Source: Dudresnaya verticillata (Eukaryota). From it: 64,000 bases of DNA. Below are positions 1-12,300 of this stretch, piece by piece. The stretch lies in contig OZ374563.1 in NCBI GenBank assembly GCA_977862235.1, positions 1,922,001-1,986,000 on the forward strand, in the 5' to 3' direction. Every line of letters begins with the position of its first letter. The first letter of the stretch is position 1. The position numbers were made by a program, and so were the translations under genes. The notes under the pieces are model-generated. The model made no database searches. It saw nothing but the letters and a program-made list of their open reading frames with translations, and was not told the DNA's origin.

Positions 1-2469
1 ACAAAGGGTGACGTGGAACGAACGCCAGGTGCTGATGGCTCGGAAATAGAGCATGGTGAGGAGCAATCAGATGCTGTGACGTTGGATCTGGTGAGCGACG
101 CAGAAGTGGAAGGTGGAAGTGATGGAATATTAGAAGACGAAGATACTGGAAGCGACCAGGAAATTGAGGACCTCACCAAGGACGCAGATTACGTGCCAAG
201 TGCGACAATTGCACGAAGACGCACGGCAGCATATGAGGCTGAACGGGTCCCGCAAACGCCCAGAGTTGCTGAGGATGAGACCAATGGCTCCCGAAAGAGA
301 AGGTACCGCTTCTACGCAGGACAAAGAAAGAAGTTGAGGGTTGGTGATACTGCATTGCAAAAGCGTCGCAATGCTGCTCTGGAAAGGCTTGATGAAGAAG
401 ACTGGGGCTCCAAGGAGTGCGGCATGCGGAAGCAATGCTTCAAGAGGGTATCTATTATGTACATGAAAGCCGAGATTCGCAAACTGTTGCGTATGGACGC
501 CCATGATCGACGAAACTATTTGCACGGGTTGTTGCAGCGCCCGGGATGGAATTATTACTTCGACGGAAAGCCAGTATGCTACACGTTCCTGGAGACGGCG
601 TTTGGGTTTTCCAGGGACCTGCAATATTCAGTCAAACAGTTTGGTGGAAGCCGGCCTATGGAGGGTGACAATGCCGTGCCGTATCAGCCTCCGAGTGAGG
701 GCAGGGATAAGATACTAAGTTACCTCAACCGGCTTGCTGAGATAACAGCAAGCTGCATGCCCGACGCAGATGAGAAGCATCTGCCGTACTTTGATAAGGC
801 TGCGGTCTACGAGAACTTCCTTCTGGACCAGGAGAGACTGTATCCTGGAAAAGACCCGCCTCGACTAAACTACTTCTACCACGTCTGGAAGCAGCACCGC
901 AGTGACATAAAAGTCCGCAAAATCCAACGCTTCACAAAATGTTCGGAGTGTGAATAATTTCGTGCTGGACTTGCCAGGGCCGGTACAAACCGCAGACTTG
1001 CGGAGCCGTTCCTGCTCCGTAGAAAGGAACACTACAAGCTGGTTACAAAGGAGAGGGTGTACTACAGGGAGAATACGGAAAAAGCTACTTTGTATCCCTC
1101 CGAGTACTGTTCACTGATAATTGATGGCTCGGACCAGAAAGCGTTCGGAGTACCAAAGTTCGTGGTCAGCACGAAGGCTACGCGTGGACATTCCATAGCA
1201 AGCAAAGTTGTGGGCGCATTGGAACACGGTTCATTGAAGCACCTATCCCTGTTCGTCATGACAGGAGAGTTTGAGACTGGCGCAAATCACATAATCGAAA
1301 CAGTCCATCGCCTTCTCACAGTCAAGCATAACCATGGCACTCTGCAGCCTACGCTGTTACTGCAGCTAGACAACTGCACCCGGGAGAACAAAAATAAGTA
1401 CATGCTTTCTTACCTGGAGTGCTTAGTCGCGTGGGGTGTTCTGCATGAAGTGCAGGTTTCCTTTCTCCCAATCGGCCACACCCATTCCGACATCGACCAG
1501 GCCTTCAGTTGCACAAGCAAGAGGGTCCGATCAAAAGACATGCCGACCATGTCTTGCCTTCTCCGCGAACTAAGCATGCAATACACGCGTCGTCCATCGG
1601 TGGCAAGGTTGCTGCAGGTAGCCAACTTTTCCGGGCTGTGTGACAAGTTTGCGTGTATTGGCAAGAATGAAGCATTCTCACACTACAGATTCTTTAGAAT
1701 TACTCGCCAACGTGGGAAGGGAATGGGCAGAAAAGCGAGATTCCGCACGCGATGCCTCGTCAAGATTCAGTGTGGAGATGAGTGGAAACCTCTTGTAACA
1801 GAAGCACGTGGCAACTCTCTCAAACAGGAAGGCTTCATACTATTCACCCCTGACCTCGTTAAGACGCCAGAGACCATAGCGCGATGCCCACCTGATATGA
1901 AGGAGGTCAATGATCGCATACGTTGCACCGAAGTCCGAGCGCTCAAGGCGTCGCAGATCACCGAACTGGAAAATCTTAGGGATCACGTCTATAGAGATCG
2001 AAACGAACCATTTCACTGGGACTTGGATCACGCCCCGGAGACGAATGGGAAGCTGTGAAGGGACATTAGACAGCATAGAGACCCCGAAATGCTTCCGGAG
2101 ATACCAGAAGAGGAGCAACTACCCGCACAGGACCTAACCTACAGCCACAACAGAATGGTGGCCGTCAATTATGTTCAGGCAACCGAGCAATGTCCTTTTT
2201 ACGTGGAAAAAGTGATGGAAGTTGTGAAGGGGGACGATGGAAAGGTTTCGAAATTGTTGTTGCGGTGGTATGAAGCCAAGCACACCGGTAATGTTTTCAG
2301 TGCAGCTTACAAACCTTCGTTCTACAAAACCAGGCGCGGGGTCGCAAAGGAATGGGAAGAAGACGTCACCGTCGATTGCGTACTTGTGGAGTTTGAGTCG
2401 CTCACTCGAAATAAGCGTCTGCCGGTTGCAGTACAGAAGAAGTTGCGCGAGTGCCTTCACAAACAGTAG
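1..2469 (+). pseudogene. Sola2-like (DUF7869-type) DDD DNA transposase, two in-frame premature stops
   Basis: ORFs 13..957, 1057..2058 and 2089..2469 share one frame, separated by single stops (TAA 955-957, TGA 2056-2058). Motifs FTKCSEC, IIDGSDQ, LQLDNCTRENKN and FLPIGHTHSDIDQAFS match Sola-type transposase catalytic blocks. Confidence 0.75.
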
Positions 2470-2638
2470 CGCCCGCAGCCATCTGTAGAGCAAGGAATAG
2501 ATGTAAGTTTACTGAGTCAGAATGGGAAGTATAGAGTGAAGGTGATTAGGGTAATGTGTTTGAGAGCTGCTATGAAACTGGTTTGTTTTCCCGTTCGTCC
2601 AGGACTACCACTTTCTATACTTGAGCAGCAGTGCTAGG

Positions 2639-3140
2639 ACGCGAAATTGGTACTGTGCGAGTGGTGTGAGTTCCTTGCCTTGCAATGTAAATAGCGGGGT
2701 TTGTTTGGTCAGCGTTGCAAAAGAGTTTGAGGCAATGCACACCGGAAGCCATTTGAAGTTAGAGCGGTTGATGTCGTGGTCCAGCAAGTGATGAAGTTTC
2801 AGCACTTCAGCAGTTGGCGTCGACGGAAAAGAAAACACGCGAAATTGTTGTTGTGCAAGTGATTGTTATTTGCCTTCCCGTGGCAATACGAGGGCAATGA
2901 TAACACGAGAAATTGTTGTTGTGCGAGTGATTCTTATTTGCCTTGCAATGGCAATACGGGGGTAATGACAACTCGCGAAATTGTTTTCGTGCGAGTGGAT
3001 TGCGTTGTTTGGCTTGCAATGGCAATAGCGGGGGCTGTTTGCGCAGCGATGTAAAAGCAATTGACGCAAGGCGCACCGGCAGCCATGCGCAGGTAGAGCG
3101 GTTGGTGTCAATCTGCAGTACCTGATGCAGTTTCAGCACT
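2639..3140. repeat. 68-bp tandem repeat within a diverged ~170-bp duplication
   Basis: AC(A/T)CG(C/A)GAAATTG starts at 2835, 2903 and 2971 (period 68). Segment ~2639-2807 resembles ~2971-3141; both end ...GTTTCAGCACTT. Confidence 0.8.
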
Positions 3141-3880
3141 TGAGCAGGACCTGCTCAATTTCCCCCCAGTCGCACAACACTTACCGCCGCGGCGGTGCAT
3201 GTCGTAGACGTGAAGTCTACAACTTCACGCGCACTTTGACATGCCCTGCGCGGTGCGGTAGAGTTGGTGCGCGAGGTGCGCGGCTTGATGGGGAGGGCGG
3301 CAGAGGCGGGTGTAGACAGCGGGGTGTGGTGAGCTTGCAGTCTGGTATGGCAAGCGAGATGGCGGTAGAGGTGGTGCGGCACAGGCGCCGCACTGGACCT
3401 GGAGTGGAGTGATGGCCACGAGACGGAGGGGTGATACTGGTGAGCCAGGGTAAATCTGGGCCAAGCAGTACTAGTCGTGCGGGGCGACACTGCGCCCTTG
3501 GTCCCAGCCAAGGGCAGGCCGGGGGGTGAGGCGAGCGGGGCCAGACATGCCGGGGCACGGGCGCAGGCGCCCGTGCGGGCCCAGGCGCCCCCCCGAAGGG
3601 CAGCAGGGGGCAGCGCAATTTCTGGCCTAATTTTAATCCAGAAATTCCGAAACTTTCCAAACTTTCGCGAAAGTTTCGGGACATTTCACCCCTATATGCA
3701 GCACGCCATAACTCCGCAACCGCACATGCTATCCCAAAACCGATTCCACCATTCTTCTCAGCTCTCTCTTCCCAGTCCAACGCGATATAGAAAGCGTCAT
3801 TCCATGAGCATTTTTTTCAGACTGATTCGCGACACAGATTCTGAAAACCCGGAAATCCGTGTTCGCGTGCGCCCCGCAGG

Positions 3881-4330
3881 TGTGGATCGACGGTGTCGAT
3901 GCCGGAGCGCGCACGGGGCGTACCGTACGCGGGTAGACAGCGGCCGGATCCCAGCGCCCCTGTCGAAGGGCGGCACGAAGCCGACGGAAAGGAAAAGGAA
4001 AGGGGAAAGCCTAGCGAGGCAAGGGGAAAAAGGGAAACCGCCCGCTGGCGTGAGGCAAAGGGATCGAACCCGAAAAGGCTGGGGGAAGCTTCAGCGCGAG
4101 CTGTTGCTTGCCCGGTTTACTGAGCCGTCGATGGCCGATGGTCTTAAATACCCTACACTATGTGCACTACGACTACTTCTACAGAAGGTGCGCCCCACAA
4201 CACCAACGCGGGAGGTGTGCGAGCGCGCGCCCATACACGTGTCGACACGTCCGGGTAACGGTTACCCGTGGGCGCGCTCGGGGCGTAACGGGCAGCGGCC
4301 CTCTCAACGGCTCGACGCCGGAGAGCATCA
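3881..4330 (-). mobile_element. LTR-like fragment, family C, copy 1
   Basis: Begins TGTGGATC at 3881. Its reverse complement aligns by eye with 32515-32915. Far boundary not resolved. Confidence 0.6.
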
Positions 4331-4496
4331 CAGGGGCGCACCGTGTGCGGCACGGCGCGCGGCCGCTTCCAGCAGCAATGCGGTCGACGCTACTAAATCA
4401 ACGAAAAAACTAAGGGCACGCTGCCCAACCACGACTCGCCAGCGGGCTTCATCGTGTGCACCATTGCAGTGCGGCGCTGCCAGCATACCTTACAGC

Positions 4497-5233
4497 CGCT
4501 GCTGATAGTGTGCTGACAGCTATACTAAGGTAAGTCACTTTGCCCATGGTTGCGTGTGGAATAATGAGCGCCCAAGCGCTGTAAAAATACACGTGTACAG
4601 ACGACGCCTGTAAGGCGTGCGGCGCCCGACGGTGCGATGGTTGAGATGGCCGAGTCCCATTGGTTGATTAATCATGGTCACCCATATTTCTGGCACTGCG
4701 CTCCGGCCAGCCAGCGCGCCTGTACCTATTTTTGGCATTGCGCGCCAGACAGCAGCGCGCCGGTACCTCGTAGTGGTACTACCACTCATTGCTATCATTG
4801 GATTGTAATCCACCATTAGTGTACAGTATTAGGTAACTGTCAGTATTATAACTCTAACTTAGAGTGGGTAGCATTTTCGGCTTCCCGCCGTATTTATTGG
4901 GCCCCTGAGTAGCAGGAGCCCCGCACTAAACCGGCAGCGGTGTGTACTTTGGGCTGTGCCCATTTTCTGGTCTTCCTACGGTGTGTGGTACACGGTGCCA
5001 CCGTTGTTCCCTTGCCTTGGGCGTCTACAAGCCCTATCGTGTACGACGATTGCTCTACGCTGTAGGGTTCGCCTTCCCTTTTCTCTTTATCTGGGTCTTA
5101 CACCCATTACAAGTCTCTACCACACCCCTTTTCCCTTTTCCTTTGAGCTACCGCCCACCGTGCGTGTTTGTCCCCAGGACAGCTGTGGCGCCGTTTTATC
5201 GCCGACTACCTGGCCGAGGATCATTCTACTACA
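4497..5233 (+). repeat. 5' LTR of element 1
   Basis: Ends ...CTACTACA at 5233, directly before a TGG primer-binding site. The start is degenerate and was placed by similarity to the start of the element 2 LTR. Confidence 0.65.
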
Positions 5234-5234
5234 G

Positions 5235-5247
5235 TGGTCTCCCGACC
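5235..5247 (+). promoter_or_regulatory. Primer binding site (TGGTCTCCCGACC), possibly tRNA-Tyr type
   Basis: TGG lies one base after the LTR-terminal CA. Element 2 has the equivalent TGGTCCACCGACC. The tRNA identity is inferred only from the implied G72/A73 end. Confidence 0.65.
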
Positions 5248-6052
5248 TAGAACAAGTTCTCAGGGTCGGACCCTTTTTCTACCTTGCCATCGACAGGCCG
5301 AATCGAGAAGTCAAGCCACGACGGAGTGTCCGTTGATTTTCAAGGTTCCAAACTCTCGAAGGGCAAAACCCTAGTCGTCTTACTGTGGAAGGTTTCTACG
5401 CTTCACGTTAAGCTCCAGAGTAGCGTCAAATCTGTGAGCAATCACAAGTTCGTTTTACGGTTTTATCCGTTTTTAGAAGTACCCTCTCACGGCGGAGTGA
5501 CGCCCGGAGTGAGACTACCTCAACAGGTTTTCCGTGCATCCTGAGAAAACACGAGTATAATACGGTTCCTACCGTCGAGGAGCCTGGGAAGAAGTCCCCG
5601 CTACCACATCGGCTGAACCGAGAAGAACGTCATCAGACCGACGATACAGGTCCTGTTGAAGTCAAGATGCCTATATCTAATGGCGATACAACGCGCCCCG
5701 GCTTATCTAGCCGAGGCGCGAGTCGTACAGGCAGTCTTGACTCCGTAAGAACGGTAGGCGCCCGAACCTAGCGGTCGTAACCGCTCTTGCAAACAATCCG
5801 GCAACGGAGGGGCTGGGACACCCGCCCCAAACGACCGGCGTCCCAGCCGAAGAAGAACCACCTGGCCCTGGTAGGGATCAGGTCCCTGACGGAGAAAACA
5901 CGGTTCGAACCGTTGGAAAAGCCCCCGCTGACATTGGGGAGAATGACGGTTCAGGCCGTAGAATGATGCCGCCGTCCCTGGCGTTAGTCAGTGTTCAAGC
6001 TATGGGCGGATGAGCCCAGAAAGAAGAAACTCCGGCAACCCCGGACGAAGGG

Positions 6053-9000
6053 TTGCCAATTCGAACGAAGTATCATTCGTCTGATATCCGATGTTTCACG
6101 GAGCGCGAGATTGGACGAATGATCGAATTAGGCATCGAGAGATCCTTAACGACTAGCGTCGTGGCACTGTTGGAGAGCCAATCCGATGATAACTTTTTAA
6201 AGGTCAAGAGGTACATTGATGAGGCATCCGCGCGCCACGATGATCGCCTCCTGGCGAGGTGTCAGCAAGAGATTGAATCTCGAGGTCGACCAGGTCCTCC
6301 CAGAGGATTAGACGAAGAAAGGGTCGAAACCCTGCAGGCGCAAGTGGATTCCCTCGGGGACCAAGTGGATACCGTCCAAGAGGAACTACAGGCGCTCAAC
6401 AAGGTCACAGACCTAACAAGAACAGAAGCCGTAATGGCTATACAAGACGTTCAACGGAACGTGGACGACACAAGGTGTGTCGAACAAGATCGAGCCATCG
6501 AGCCCTTACGCAGAGATCTCGATGGAGAAAGACGGAAGGTCGCGTTGCTAGAAGCAAAGATGAGGCGACTTAATCTTGAAAGGGATTTAATCCCTGAAGT
6601 CGAACGACGACGCTCCCCTGTGCCTCGAGGCACCAGGGACCGTCGCAAGATGCCACAGTCTCCGCGACGTGACTCGGGAGGGGATTCTGGAAATGGCGAC
6701 TTTGGTCGTGAAAGGACGGAACACCCTCGGTGTGATTGCCGGGCGACACACGTTTCCAACGTGGGCGCAGCCGAATTGACTCACGTCAAGACCGGTACTC
6801 AAGCCGCAAGGCGGAAGATCAACGCCGAAGTAATTCCTACCCTGCTCCGAAACACTCGGATGAAGATGAACCCACCTCGCGAGGTCTTTCCCGACCGTCA
6901 AGGAGCTCTGGGAGAGGCCCACGTCGGACGGGACCCAAGGAGTTGGCTCCACGAAACCCTGCCTTTGTACAGGTTCTTTCGTACCGACGCTATCGGTTGT
7001 TGAATGTCGATTCATATCGAGGACCGGAAGTAACGGAAGCCACGTCCAAGAAGATTAAACGGGTTAAATCCGTAATAAGGAGTCGCGGCTTTGATGGGAG
7101 TGACCCAGTTTCCATAATTGGCTTTCTGGCCACGTTGAAACGAGAGTTGGATCAAGCACAAGTCAGTGAAGGCGCTGCCATTCTGGTTATCCCACAGTTC
7201 TTGGAAAAAGACGCTAAGGACATGTTCGAAGCAAATTTCGATGCTGCAGGCGACGACAATGGTGGTTTCAATGAGTGGCCGGAAGTCATTAATTATCTCC
7301 TGTGTACTTACGCAAAGGACGTCTACATCGAGAAGATTTCTTCTGAGATGGACACGATGATGCAGGAGTCTGATGAGGAGGAGGTTACGTTTTCAAGAAG
7401 TTTGCAGAACAAAGCGCGAAAGTTTGCAGGTGTTTACTTAGAGCAAGACTTGATCACATGTTTTATACGAGGGTTACTACCTGCGGTCAAACCGCTTTTG
7501 AGTACGTCATCACTGGACCCTCGCCCGGCGCCACTGGCAGACTACGTTGAGCTCGCAATTGTGGTGCAAGGGGAGGGCTGCCCCTTTTTCGCTGTGAGCG
7601 TATTATATGCCAACGTCTACCGACGGCACGTCAACCGCCGTTGGCGCGCGAACACGTCATGGACGATTGGCCGACGGGCATACGGCCGCCGTTACCCCGC
7701 GCGGCGCGACGCACGCGCACACTGTACGGCCAGATCCGGATGCATCATCCCGATCGGCCAGGCGCAAGGCGCACGCCTGTAAGCTTGGCCCGGATCCGGA
7801 TCGGATCCGAATGGGACATCGGGATCCGGCATCGGGATCCACAGTGATGTAAGGAGCGCGCCTGTAATGGCCGCGTGCCAGCAATGCTGGCGGGGATCTG
7901 GATCCGAATCCGGATCACCCGCACTGCTACACGCATGCGCCTGTAAGTCACCCATTACTCGCACGCACGCCTGTAAGCTACTCCTGGGCTCCCGCGCACG
8001 CGGCTGCATGGCGACGACGACGTGTCAGACACTCGACGGCGCGACACGCGTCCTGCGTTCCCGCGCACCGCGCCCGCCGCCGTCGCTCACGTAGTATATT
8101 AGGTAATCCGTCTGAGACGCTGGGAAACCCCCGGAAAAGCCGGCCTTGGTCCAGACTTCCCCGTTCCGCACGCGCGTACCCTACCGCTTCCTACGGCTCA
8201 AGCGTCTACCTCCCGTGCTTCCACGTCTATCGCCGTCCTGAACGTGTTTCCTTTCTGCTCCCTTTTTCCTTCCTTTCCGCCTCGGGCGTCTACAGTCCGC
8301 CCAAGGCGTGTCCTCTGCTCTACCACAAGTCCCCCAAGGCGAGGCTACTCACCGCCACGGGCGCAGCTACCCACCGAGCCCCGAACTGCTCGGCGGTATA
8401 CCGTCTACAGACGTTTGCACCACAGCAACGGCTCAGGGAGATTCTCACCGAGCCCTTGTGGGTGGTGGAGGCTTCAAGAAGGTGAGCTCAACGCTACCCC
8501 GGAAAACCCTCTCCAGGGTGAAGACGCACAAGTCTGGTCGAGCTCTTCTTATTCGCCAGAATAGGACGCAGATGTCCTCGGATTCCGATTCATCAAAGAG
8601 CAGTAGCTCTGACGCGGATAGCGAGGACGCTGCGGTGGCTGCCATCGACCACGAAGCGCCTCCATCCACGGGAACCCAATCAGACTCGTGGTCTGGGACA
8701 CCCAGTGACCAACCATACTATGGTGAAGTGGAAGCGGTTCTACAGAACTACAACCACCGACTGCCTGGATGGGCACAACCAACAAGGACTCAGCGTCCTG
8801 GGTGGGTAACAGTCTAAGATGAACCCAATGACATTTGTTTCGAGTGCTATGGCGTGGGCCACAAAAAACCGAACTGCCCATATCTGGCGCGCACGGATGA
8901 ACCGTCATTTGAGGCGCTAAAACCCCGACAGTTTTATCACCTGTCGCGCGAGCAGAAGACATGGTTACCCACCATAGGGCGCCTGCCCAAGTTCGCAAAC

Positions 9001-9255
9001 GGAGATACCCGTGGGGACCCCCGAGACTACGAATCGTCAGGACGGGCCAGTGGGCCGCCGGCAGGCAGGCATCAAAATTTGGGTCAACTCCAGGCAGGAA
9101 CGGACATGCCCAATTTCAAGCGGGACTTAATCACCCGGTTGACACCCCCAGGCACCCACCGTCGGCGCCACGCTCGCCAAGACCAGGGTCACGAACCCTT
9201 CCGCCGCCTCCACCGCTTCCACGGTCGCCTGCTAGCATGGCGAAAAACTAGCTAG
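6053..9255 (+). pseudogene. gag: gag of element 1 (coiled-coil region, capsid-like region, zinc knuckle), split by a solo LTR
   Basis: VLSYRRYRLLN...FDGSDPVSIIGFL region. Knuckle DICFECYGVGHKKPNC near 8830-8880. YVELA|TAQGDSHRAL rejoins across 7560-8424 and matches element 2 gag. Confidence 0.85.
7560..8424 (+). mobile_element. Solo LTR family A, copy 1 (865 bp)
   Basis: TGTGGTGCAA...TTGCACCACA 10-bp inverted termini. TSD GCAAT/GCAAC. Removing it restores the gag frame. Confidence 0.93.
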
Positions 9256-9356
9256 GGGGAACCGGTTTCGGTTCACTGGGCAACCCCAGTCGTATCGGAA
9301 CCCCCGATCGTTCAGAGGAATGTGACTTCTTAAGCTTCTCCTCTACCAACCGATCG

Positions 9357-12300
9357 ATGTCGCGGGAAACCCCGCCTTCTCTTCCAAAGAAGATTTTAGA
9401 ACGCCCTGTGGGCCTACCTCCCGGGTATAAGTATCATGAGTATGTTAAGGACCCAGTTTGCTCTCTTTCGAGATACAACTATAAAGTTGTAGCGTCCGTG
9501 GGGACTTCTGTTGAGAAACGTACACAAGTGCTCTCAGTCTTGGACACTGGGGCGGGCCCAAACCTTATCCGAGCCGACGTGCTCTCTTTGGAAGAACGGA
9601 AGAATATATCTTCGACCCGATCGATCGTGAATTTGACGTCCGCGTCAAGTCACCGCTTAACAACTATGGGAATTGTCTCCCTGGCCGTCAGAATTGGCTC
9701 CTACACGGTACGACAACCGTTCGTCGTAGTCAAGGCATTAGCCGTTGATATGATCTTAGGCTGTACCTTTATCGATACCCATGTCGAAGCGTTGCGGGTA
9801 CGCAAACAAACCATCGCGCTACGGGACGGCTCGGTACACCCGATTCTACGGCGTCGGTGCGGTATCCCGAGAGCCACGAACTCTGGCGAGCGCATGGAGG
9901 TCCCTCCCCTACCTAACTCGCGACTCGTGAGAGTTGTCCAAACCACTAACTTACTACCCGGTTCAGAAACCTGGGTCGCCGTCACGTGCACGGCCAAAGG
10001 AACGCACTTCCTAGATTCGTTCCAACGTCCATACGACCGTCAACAAGTGATCATCACGAATGGCATCGTCAAACTCCAAGCGAATGTTCTCTTCCGGGTC
10101 AAGGTTGCCAACTTTTCTTCCCGCACACAGCGGTTGAACAAACACCAAGTGATTGGTCGCGCAGTTCCAGCTCCCACGGCCACGCCTGTATATTCGGTTT
10201 CCATCGACGACGTCTCCGAGGATAAAGTCTCAAAACAAAAGGGAACGAATCCTCAAACGGAGACATCCTTCGATGTAGGGGGTAGGGCTGGCTGCTACTC
10301 TTGGCGTGACCAATTCCAAACCGGGCGTTACAACCGCCGCTGAGAAGCTAACAGTCGATGACTTAGCTCTGGAACACCTCTCTACGTCTAAAACGAATTT
10401 TGAACGAAAGACGTCTCGTTTGCAAGATGTTGCGACCCTTCGCAGATACGTGGAACGGGAAGCTCGGGACCATAAAGGTCACGGAGCATCGCATCGATCT
10501 CACTGACGGGGCAAAACCCGTGTTTGCACAACCATATCGGTCTGGACCGAAGGCGCGACAAGCGGAGCAAGATGAAGTCGACAAGATGTTGAAGGAAGGG
10601 GTCATAGAGCCAGCACGCTCTGAGTTCGCAAGTCCAGTGGTACTGGTGAAGAAGCCAGACGGATCCCTCCGTTTCTGTGTTGATTAAAGAAAGCGATAAC
10701 CATCAAGGATTCTTGCCCTCTCCCGCGAATGGACGGGTGCTTAGACTCGTTGGGCGACGCCCAATATTTTACAACCCTTGATTGCAATTCAGGGTACTGA
10801 CAGATACCAGTCGTGGCGGAGGATAAGCCAAAGACCGCTTTTTACTGTCATGCAGGTTGCTTTCAGTTCTGCCGAATGCCATTCGGTCTGTGCAACTCAC
10901 CAGCAACGTTTCAACGAACAGCTGACGTTTTATTATCGGGATTCTGATGGAAGTCTTGTTTCGTCTACTTGGACGACATCATAGTCTTCTCTAAGAGTGT
11001 TAACGAACACTTAGGTCGCGTTCAAGAGATCCTCTCTGTTTTGAAGGAAGCGGGTGTGTCGCTCAAGTTGAAGAAGTGTAATTTCTCCACAAAAAGCGTG
11101 GACTACCTCGGACACGTGATCCGACCTGGTCTCCTGGAGGTAGCTACCAAGAATACACAATCCATCGAAGGCTTCAGGGAACCTACGACGCAAACGCAAC
11201 TACGGTCGTTCATTGGGCTATGCAACGTCTATAGACGTTTTGTACCGAACGTTGCACGCGTAGCGTCTCCGCTTAATAGGCTCCTGCAGAAGGACGTTGG
11301 TTTCGAATTACCTCCATTCGATGAACGGCAACGCGAAGCTTTCGCTTTACTGAAGAAAGCCCTCATCGCGCCGCCAATACTCCGACTTCCTAAAGAAGAC
11401 AGACCCCTGTCGGTCGATACTGACGCGTTTGACTACCAAATAGGGTGCGCCCTAATGCAAATGGAACCCGACGGGACTCGACACCCAATTGGCTTTTGGA
11501 GTCGGGGCCTAACACCAGCAGAACGGAATTACTCCGTCGGCGAGAAGGAATGCCTCGCTGTAGTCTGGGCTACACAAATTCTCAGACCATATTTAGAAAG
11601 GCCTCATTTCGACCTCTACACCGGCCATCAGGCTCTCAAATGGATGATGAGCATGACGGACGCGTCCGGACGTCTAGCGCGATGGCGCCTGCGCCTCTTA
11701 GAGTATGACTTCACGGTTCAATACCGTAAGGGAAAAATCAGATTTCTGACGCTGTCTCACGTTTACTTACCTATGGGTTTACTAAGTGGGAACCGGATGT
11801 CGAGATCCCCTGCTTCATAACCGCTGATAGCGATGGGGAAGATCCCCCTAACCCTTCGGCGAAGGAAAAATTGCGAGCCAACAACAGGTCGCGACCTTTG
11901 GAAGAATGGGAGATGGAACCCGAAGACAATTCGTTCGAGTCGGGTCTCGAGGACGGGCAATTGATAGCCAACGTGACTGAAAAGGAAATGGACGAGAAGA
12001 GTGTTTCACTCCTCACAATAGAGGAAATTATTCGTGTGGTGCAAACGTCTGAAGGCGGAACACCGCCGAGCAGTTCGGGGCTCGGTGGGTAGCTGCGCCC
12101 GTGGCGGTGAGTAGTCTCGCCTTGGGCCGCTTGTGGTAGAGCAGAGGACACGCCTTGGGCGGACTGTAGACGCCCGAGGCGGAAAGGAAGGAAAAAGGGA
12201 GCAGAAAGGAAACACGTCCAGGACGGCGATAGACGTGGAAGCACGGGAGGTAGACGCTTGAGCCGTAGGCAGCGGTAGGGTAGGCGCATGCGGAACGGGG

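Noticed and set aside
3125..4505. Long Arg/Pro/Ala-rich ORFs here, within the LTRs and at 30-32.9 kb
   Set aside because: Expected by chance in GC-rich non-coding repeats; no domains, and they cross element boundaries.
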